Part shown: positions 55,826 to 64,000 of the stretch, in pieces | Layout of the letters: each line of letters opens with the position of its first letter | How positions within the stretch are numbered: the stretch's first letter is position 1 | Assembly: GCF_006345805.1 (NCBI RefSeq) | Contig: NC_043011.1 | Span: 27,044,464 to 27,108,463, forward strand | Source: Octopus sinensis | Taxonomy: Eukaryota | Reading direction: 5' to 3' | Length of the DNA: 64,000 nucleotides | Position numbers and translations under genes: made by a program | The notes under the pieces: generated by a model | Told to the model about the DNA's origin: nothing | Databases searched by the model: none | What the model saw: only the letters and a program-made list of their open reading frames with translations

Positions 55826-56079
55826 AAACAATTGCAGCGTGGAAGGTGTTTGTAAGCCATTTAAGAAACACGCAAAAGCCGTTCTATTCACTTCAACATT
55901 TAAGTTTAACTTGTCAAAATATTTTCGTTGCTAAAATCCGCGACCTGTTCACTGACAAAAATCCGTGCTGCATCTGACAGATGCAGCAGGACAAATTAAA
56001 CTTAAATGTTGAAGTGAATCGAACGGCTTTTGTGTGTTTCTTAAATGGCTTACAAACACCTTCCACGCTGCAATTGTTT
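55826..56079. repeat. fold-back element (~90-bp arms, central 11-bp hairpin)
   Basis: 55826-55915 is the reverse complement of 55990-56079; centre tgctgcatctg-a-cagatgcagca. Confidence 0.9.
55911..55958 (-). ncRNA. minimal hammerhead-like motif with G3-C8
   Basis: ttgtca-GUGAACA-g-gtcgc(ggatttta)gcaac-GAAA-atatt-U-tgacaa; 6-bp stem I, palindromic stem III. Confidence 0.6.
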
Positions 56080-56145
56080 ATATATATATATATATATATA
56101 ATATATATATGTATGTATATATATAATATAGTATAATATAGTATA

Positions 56146-56178
<33 letters not shown>

Positions 56179-56185
56179 ATATAAT

Positions 56186-56229
<44 letters not shown>

Positions 56230-56237
<8 letters not shown>

Positions 56238-57165
56238 GATGATACGAAAGTCTCAGAAAATACAGAACCTCAGTGATGTTGCACACCTGCAGCAGGAGTT
56301 GGACTCAATTTACAGATGGGCTGAAAAATTCCACGCCATGCGCTACCAGCATCCAAAACTAAATATTAAACCTTCAGGGTACACCGGTCCACATGGAATT
56401 TCAATCCCAGAGCCTAAGTCAGTGAGGGACCTGGGTATCGACATGAGTGATGATACCTCTTTCCAAGTGCACATTACCAGGATGGCGACAAAGTGCAAAC
56501 GACTGACTGGATGGATCCTAAGAACATTCAGAATCAGAGATAAGAAAACCATGATGGTCCTCTGGCGGATATTCGTCCTCAGCCGCCTGGATTACTGCTC
56601 ACAGCTATAGTCACCCACCAGTGTGAGATTAACAGCGGACGTTGAAGCAATCCAGAGAAGATTCACTAAGAAGATCGTCTCTTTGCAACAGCCCAGCTAC
56701 TGGGAAAGGTTGAAACAGCTAAGACTCTGCTCCCTGGAGAGAAGACGGGAGAGGTATGCAGTAATATATATCTGGAAGATCTTTGAAGGAATTTTGGCAT
56801 TGAAAGCTACACCAATGCCAGAACGGGACGACATTGCATGGTGCCAAAGATCCCAGTAATGCCATCACGCTTCAGGACCAGTTACTGCAACAGCCTGGGT
56901 TTCAAGGGCCCACAGCTTTTTAATATTCTCCCAAAGAGTCTGAGGAACTTCCACAAAGTAGATGTAGGGTTTTTTAAATCAAAGCTGGACCTCTTCCTGT
57001 CGAGAGTCCCAGATGAGCCTACCTCACGGCATGAGGTGCAAATGAGGGTAGCTATATCAAACTCCATTCTTCATCAAGTGCCACATATTAGAGGAGGCTC
57101 CTAGTAATAACAGTGTAGCGCAAAACGGTGGTGCATCAGCATGACCGCAGCTCTTAGCTGGAACA
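56230..57165 (+). mobile_element. 5'-truncated CR1-type LINE
   Basis: Begins at YADDT; VRDLGI, LDYCSQ.*SP, EAIQRRFTK, SLERRR..IYIWKI; TA tracts on both sides. Confidence 0.9.
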
Positions 57166-57171
57166 TAAATA

Positions 57172-57215
<44 letters not shown>

Positions 57216-58045
57216 TATATATTTATTATATATTGTAGCAATAACCATTTTAGCCATTTTGAAATGTGGCGCGAATTGTCAATATAACGTAATGTCGTAT
57301 TGCCGAAGAATTATCATTTTCGTTTTTTTCCATTGGTTAATATAACTGCTCATATAAAGATTCTAAAAGTTTCGTAAAGAATATTTGTCATGGATTTCGA
57401 TTCTTTTTAGTCAATTTGAGCAGTTATAAAAACCCTGGATTTTGGGGGAAAATTTCAGTGTTTGTTGGATGTCACTGAACTCCACGACACTCACTCTTTT
57501 GGAGACATCGGTAATTTTTATGCCATGTCTAAGTTAATTATAAATCTATTTTGATTTGTTGGTTAATGTATTAGATAGAAAGAAGAAATTAGTTAATGAA
57601 TTTATAGTCGTTCTTCTTCACGACAAAGTTATCTTTCCTACTGTAAATAATATAAAATGTTATATTTATATAATAAAAATAATTAAAAAGAAAATGTTTC
57701 TCTTCACGTTTGTTTTTCAACTGAGCATAAATAAGTATGCATTTCTGTAATCCTTGATTATGTTTTCTTATAGCGGTTTAAAGGACACGATTAAAATATT
57801 CCACATGCATGTCATTAATATAGCGTTTCATGCGTATATGTCTATATGACGTTATAACTGTAGTTAGGGTTTTAGGTATAATGATAACACTTTAGTATAA
57901 GTGACGTTGAGTCATTATATTCTCCCTTACTCAGAGAAAAGCCAAATAAAATAATATAACCTAAGAGAAAGCTTAAGGTAGAATAACCAAAAACCGCCAT
58001 AATAAATATATCTATATATATATATATAATATATATATTATATAT

Positions 58046-58093
<48 letters not shown>

Positions 58094-59447
58094 ATATATA
58101 CATATTTATATGTATATATAACGCAGATATTATTTAAAAGTGCCACAAAACTGCGATATTCGTCCTGAGAACTTCTATAGACGCATAGTATTAATAGGCA
58201 TAAAATATCAACAATAGATAAAAATGTCCGGCACCGGTGGTGCAACTCCTAAATTATGTGATTTCAGCGTGTTCGCGTTTCATTAGCTACTGATATCCAC
58301 GATCACCGAATGCAAACTAAATTTCGTCTAGTACCACCTCTCGCACTCGACATTTTTTGTCCTCTGCTGATATTGTGTGCTTTTTAGCACTAAACGTCCA
58401 TACAAGATGCTTTCTCAGGATAAATACTGCAGTTTTACGGCGATCGTAAAGTAGTTATCCCCGTTAAATTAAATATAAACATGGCTTCCGTTGCTAATAA
58501 CCAAGATATATATATATGTAATAGTAGTTTGACTTTAGAGTCCCATTAAAGCGTGTAGCTTTTACGGATAGTAATAGCCCTTGATATTATAATGTATTTT
58601 ATATATAAAGGAAAGGATTATATACTTTGTATTAATTTTTTTCTTAATTGGTTGTACACGCTGGCAACTCGATAAAATCTTATATAGATTTTATCATTAT
58701 ACTATACATACATATATATATATATATATGCATGCATTCGTGTGTGTCTGTTCCCCTTTGTATGTTTGCTGGTGTTGTGTCAAAATGTTAACTAACCCAT
58801 TTGATAAAAATGGATCGATAAATGCTACTCAGAAATAACTACTGGGGTAAATAGGACAGTCAAAGAGAATAAAAATGAACTCCTTAAAGGCCGTGTCTTT
58901 ATCACGACCACATTCCAATTCAATGACTGAGATCAATAAAAGAATTAAAAAGTAAAAGAATTTATATATACCTAACTGTTGTGTAGAATTTTAGACACAT
59001 ATTACAACCTGACTTTACTGCTTTCACATCAAATGTTAGCATACGAAACGATCAAGTATCAGATCAATACCACCTTACTTGGATTATAAATCTGTTTCTT
59101 TTGTTGCCAATCACGAAGAATAATCCATCGTTATTTGTCATACTATTGATTTGAGAGCGTTGAACCATTTGCAAGGCGATTATAAACTTTTTTCCCCCTG
59201 TATATTTTGTATGTTATTTAATCAGTGTTTAACCGGCTAGACAGAATACACCGGCTGCAAAATGGCCATTCCTTCCACTTATTTCTATTAATTCATTTGA
59301 GAGAAACGGATTGTATGAAGTAGATTCAATGCTACAACTGAGAGTGTGTTGTGTTGGACTGTCGATCGAAAGACTGGCAGTTCTTATGTTATCATCAGTA
59401 ATTCGTCTGCTATCATTGAAACTTACACATCGTCCATATTCAATATA

Positions 59448-59640
59448 CGAGGGTATGCTGAAAAATTCCTGGCTTTTAGGGTGTCCTGAAAGGCTTGGCT
59501 CTTCCGAGTTCTTTTACAGGGCTAAGAAAAAATGAAGGACCGCTGCAATAAGTGTAAATCCGAAAAAAAAAAATCAAAAAAAAAAACTGATCCTCCTGCA
59601 TTTTCTTTTACCCAAAGCCAGGAACTTTTGAGCCACCCCC
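59448..59640. mobile_element. mariner MITE copy
   Basis: Homologous to 37054-37270. Confidence 0.8.
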
Positions 59641-60583
59641 ATATTTACGTCAATGGATTCATAAAAAGCAAGGCACATCAACGTATATGACAGGAGAAAG
59701 CTGGTGAGCGAAGAAATAGTTGCCTACATTTATATAACGCCTGAAGAACTGGAAATCTACGTCATATGATGTAACCCGTTTTGATGGCGTTAATAAATTT
59801 CTAGCGAAACAATTGTGAACTTAATCGCAACTTTTCGTCTCTCATCTTCGATACCTATTGTGTCTCTAACACAATGCGTCCATCAGAGTTGTTATCTCGG
59901 GAAAAATATCGCAAAGATTACCCTATCAACGGTGTAGATACATTAAATATGATATATAGTTGGCGAGATATAAATGTACAGTAAGTGAGAAGACGTTAGC
60001 ATTATTGTAGAATAATTAAGCACAGCGTCAGTACTTATCGGACTGGTCATATTCTTAAATTCCAACTTCCTAATCAGAGAAAGTCCAGCAGATCAAGAGT
60101 TGGTTATAAAAAAAACACATAGCTTGAAAGATTAACAAAAAGAGAAAAGGACAACAAATGTAGAAGGCAAAAATTTATCTATATGAGATATTATATATAC
60201 TTATTCATATTACAAAATGAAGATATAACTGTACAGCTGTTTCTAAGATGGGCTGTCTGGTTGATGTTATAATGCATATTATTCAAACAGTCTTCATAAT
60301 GAACTAATAATTATACATAACAAATAGCAACAATATTATCAACTCGTATGATGAACGATACGTAAATCGCATTGAGCTGGAAACGTTGAATATTTCCGTC
60401 AGAAGGATGAGTGGAAAGTTCTGGCATTTATACACCTGTATGCATAACATTATAGTTTTCACTAGTCACCGCATTTCTGAAACAGCTGCAAACGTCTATC
60501 TTCATTTTCTATTATAAATACGTACGTGTAACATTTCTTATAAATGAATTCAAGCGATCTGAAATTGTTTGTCCATCTTTACT

Positions 60584-60618
60584 CTTTCCGACGAAGAACT
60601 ATGCTCGAAACGTTAACA
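60584..60618 (+). ncRNA. degenerate pLTR hammerhead-like motif
   Basis: cttt-CCGACGA-a-gaac(tat)gctc-GAAA-c-GUU; related to 23996-24031. Confidence 0.35.
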
Positions 60619-61043
60619 AGTCTCTCCGTTCACAAAGCGTCAAGTTAATATATTTCTTGTGCATGTCCTCACGTTCGTCTTTCTTTTTTTATCTGTTTTT
60701 GTTTGTTCTTTGAACGGACTGTGTTGTAAGTAGCTTGCTTACCAACCACATAGTTCTGGGTTCAATCCTACTGCGTGGCACCTTGGGCATGTATCTTGTA
60801 CTACAGCCTCGGGCTGACCAAAGCATTGTGAGTGGATTTGGTAGACGGAAACTGAAAGAAACCTGTCGTGTATATATATATATATATATATTTAAGTAGT
60901 TGAATGAATTATCCTAGTATGGATAATTCGGTTAACCGATACCTGGGTAGCAAATTCACGTCAGAAAAACACGGTTGAAGCTACATGCCAAGGGCAGAGA
61001 TCACGTGCTTTCGTATGGAAATTTGTGTGTTTTTTAATACAAA

Positions 61044-61761
61044 TAAATGAAAGAATGGAGTTGAACGACGATTTAACAAAATTCCTTTATTCTCGACATA
61101 TGTTTCGAAGGTTGCATATTCCTAATTTCGAAGGAATAAGGGGTACATTATGCTGCCTTCTCACCAGGAGAGACAAGGAACTTATGTCAGCATCAAGATG
61201 AACAAAAACTCAGGTTTGTGTCTGTGTGTTTGAATGTGCTTAAACACACAGACACAAACCTGTCACTTCACCACCAGTTGTTTTTGACATCCACCCAACC
61301 ACACACAGAATCACGCACACACATATACACACATAGACACGAATGTAGTTATATACATACACACACATAGGCATTCAATCTCATTAGCAATAGCAAACAA
61401 CAACACACCATTCATATGACTTGCACCCTGTCACCTTCCTATTCTTAGATCTCTCCCCTGCCAACCTTGTTTGAACTCATGAACTTTCTAGAATCTTCTA
61501 CATTCAACCATTTTTGACGTCACTGCTTATAACGGAATATTAAAAAAAAAAAAACACTCATTATCGCTATGGACTCCGTGTGGGCAGTCATCTAAGAGTT
61601 TTTGTTCATCTTGATGCTGACATAAGTTCCTTGTCTCTCCTGATGAGAAGGCAGCATAATGCACCCCTTATTCCTTCGAAATTAGGAATATGCAGCCTTC
61701 GAAATATATGTCGAGAATAAAGGAATTTTGTTAAATCGTCGTTCAACCATTCTTTCATTTA
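61044..61761. mobile_element. Penelope-type non-autonomous element with inverted ~168-bp terminal repeats, each carrying a hammerhead
   Basis: 61044-61211 is the reverse complement of 61596-61761; internal 21-bp hairpin at 61211-61262. Confidence 0.85.
61636..61716 (+). ncRNA. type I hammerhead ribozyme
   Basis: tctc-CUGAUGA-gaaggcagcata...tatgcagccttc-GAAA-tatat-GUC-gaga; canonical core, 12-bp stem II (1 mismatch), predicted cleavage after C61712. Confidence 0.8.
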
Positions 61762-61993
61762 TATATATATATATATTATATTATATAAAAGGCTTAGTAA
61801 AATAATTACTTTGCGCATACTGAACTCGTTAGAAATAGCAGCTAAAAAAACTATTCTAACACTTAAAGAAAACCTCTCTCATATAGTGCATATATAATGT
61901 AATAATTGAATTGCCTTAAATGGTCCCTTTGCATACTGAATACTTGGTGAAATTGATTAATTAATAATTAATTTTACCCTCAATTGTTGAAAT

Positions 61994-62075
<82 letters not shown>

Positions 62076-62272
62076 GTATGTATATATATGTTTGTGTGTC
62101 CTTGTTTGTCCCTCCACCATCGCTTAACAACCGATGTTGGTATGTCGGCAAAAGAGACCGATAGAATAAGTACTAGGCTTACAAATAATAAGTCCTGGGG
62201 TCGACTTCTTCGACTAAAGGTGGTGCTTCAGCATGGCAGCAGTTAAATGACTGAAACAAATAAAAGAATAAA

Positions 62273-62331
<59 letters not shown>

Positions 62332-62692
62332 GTGTGTGTGTGTGTGTGTGTGTGTGTGCATGTATGTATGTACATACGTTCTTGTTTGGATGTATATGTT
62401 GTATATGTGTGTCTGCGTATGTATGTCTGTATGCATGCCTGTCAGTTTATATGAATGTATGTATATATATGCGTGTGCATATATATATATATATAAAAGT
62501 GTGTGTGTGTGTGTGTGTGTGTACATTTCTTGGTCTCACTGTTTGTGTCGTTGTCTATGTATGCATAGGCATGTATACTCACCTACATGCGTATGTATAT
62601 ATATATGGACTTTTGAGTGTATATATTTCTATTTATGGGAGTGTATAACATAAAATGTTGTTTAAATTTGTATGAGTATATCACGTGACCAC

Positions 62693-62995
62693 GGTGGAGG
62701 AGCAATGGCCCAGTGGTTAGGGCAGCGGACTCGCGGTCGCAGGATCGCGGTTTAGATTCCCAGACCGGGCGTTGTGAGTATTTATTGAGCGAAAACACCT
62801 AAAAGCTCCACGACGCTCCGGCAGGGGGGGGGGGATCCCTGCTGTACTCTTTCACCACTGTTTCTCCCACTCTTTCTTCTGTTGGTCTGCTCGCTTAGCC
62901 AGCGGGGTGGCGTCATTCGAAGGCTAAAACAATGCGAACGCATTGTGACCAGCGATGTGTATCAACATCTGATGGTCTGGTCGGTCACGTGATAT
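62693..62995 (+). mobile_element. SINE with family D head and an alternative 3' body
   Basis: gtggaggagcaatggcccagtggttagggcagcggactcgcgg head; diverges from the 10924 copy after about 62860. Confidence 0.8.
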
Positions 62996-62997
62996 CA

Positions 62998-63727
62998 CGA
63001 CTCGTTCTGCCAACCATTAGCGAGTGTACATTTGAAGAACAATTGAAATTTAAAGGGTTGTTACCGACACACTTAAGGGATCAGAGATAATAACATTTCA
63101 CAGACTGCCATCATAATTATATATGTACTGAATGAGTACTAGATAGGCAATAACAGATGAGAAGACATAGAAAGAAAAAATGGCGAAGGGTAGGGAAATT
63201 GTCTTGGCAAACTCATTAAAGATAATGAAAAGTTCAGGCTATCGTCAACAGCCCTGCAACCATTTAAGTGCTTACTATAATTAGTACGTACGATATATAT
63301 TCATCCATATATACTCATACATAAATTTGTATGAGTATATATGGATGAATATATATCGTACGTACTAATTATAGTAATCACTTAAATGGTTGCAGAGCTG
63401 TTGTATGAGTATATATATGGATGAATATATATCGTACGTACTAATTATAGTAAGCACTTAAATGGTTGCAGGGCTGTTGACGCTAGCCTGAACTTTTCAT
63501 TATCTTTAATGAGTTTGCCAAGACAATTTCCCTACCCTTCGCCATTTTTTCTTTCTATGTCTTCTCATCTGTTATTGCCTATCTAGTACTCATTCAGTAC
63601 ATATATAATTATGATGGCAGTCTATGAAATGTTATTATCTCTGATCCCTTAAGTGTGTCGGTAACAACCCTTTAAATTTCAATTGTTCTTCAAATGTACA
63701 CTCGCTAATGGTTGGCAGAACGAGTCG
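62998..63727. repeat. 324-bp near-perfect inverted repeat plus a 74-bp direct duplication
   Basis: 62998-63321 is the reverse complement of 63402-63727 (2 substitutions, one TA indel); 63328-63401 is an extra partial copy. Confidence 0.95.
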
Positions 63728-63854
63728 GTTTGAATTTTAAAATTCCACTTGTGTTCTTGCTACGTACACACACACACACACACACACACACATCACACAC
63801 ACACACACACACAGACACACACACACACACAAACACACACATGTATGTATGTAT

Positions 63855-63924
<70 letters not shown>

Positions 63925-64000
63925 GAACAAACTTACTTAGAAATGGATGCGTGATATATATATACTTTATATGTATATGTATCTACATATATACGTACAT

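Overview
AT-rich, repeat-saturated animal genomic DNA, most likely a coleoid cephalopod (Octopus-like; inferred from the SINE repertoire and extreme TA/CATA/TAA microsatellite load, not confirmed by a search). No intact protein-coding gene is recognisable; almost all ORFs in the track are microsatellite artefacts. Real coding remnants are retroelement-derived: a Penelope-like element (RT + GIY-YIG, 22.3-23.5 kb), three restriction-like-endonuclease (R4/Dong-type) LINE fragments plus a short fourth 3' end, two CR1-type and one CR1/L2-group LINE fragments, and a Tigger/pogo scrap. There are also several tRNA-derived SINE families, mariner- and piggyBac-type MITEs and a Helitron. The most striking signal, found by reading the sequence, is four distinct families of minimal type-I hammerhead-ribozyme motifs, three of them in fold-back (inverted-repeat) elements and most abutting (TA)n tracts. 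Their C3-G8 tertiary pair covaries between families: C-G at 61.6 kb, G-C at 55.9 kb, U-A at 40.7 and 52.0 kb. Other notable items are a SINE insertion carrying a 324-bp inverted copy of its own downstream flank, an RLE LINE flanked on both sides by (CATA)n, a duplicated exon-like cassette at 46.8-47.2 kb, and a CpG-depleted left end suggestive of a methylated gene body. All coordinates were read by eye; element ends are approximate.
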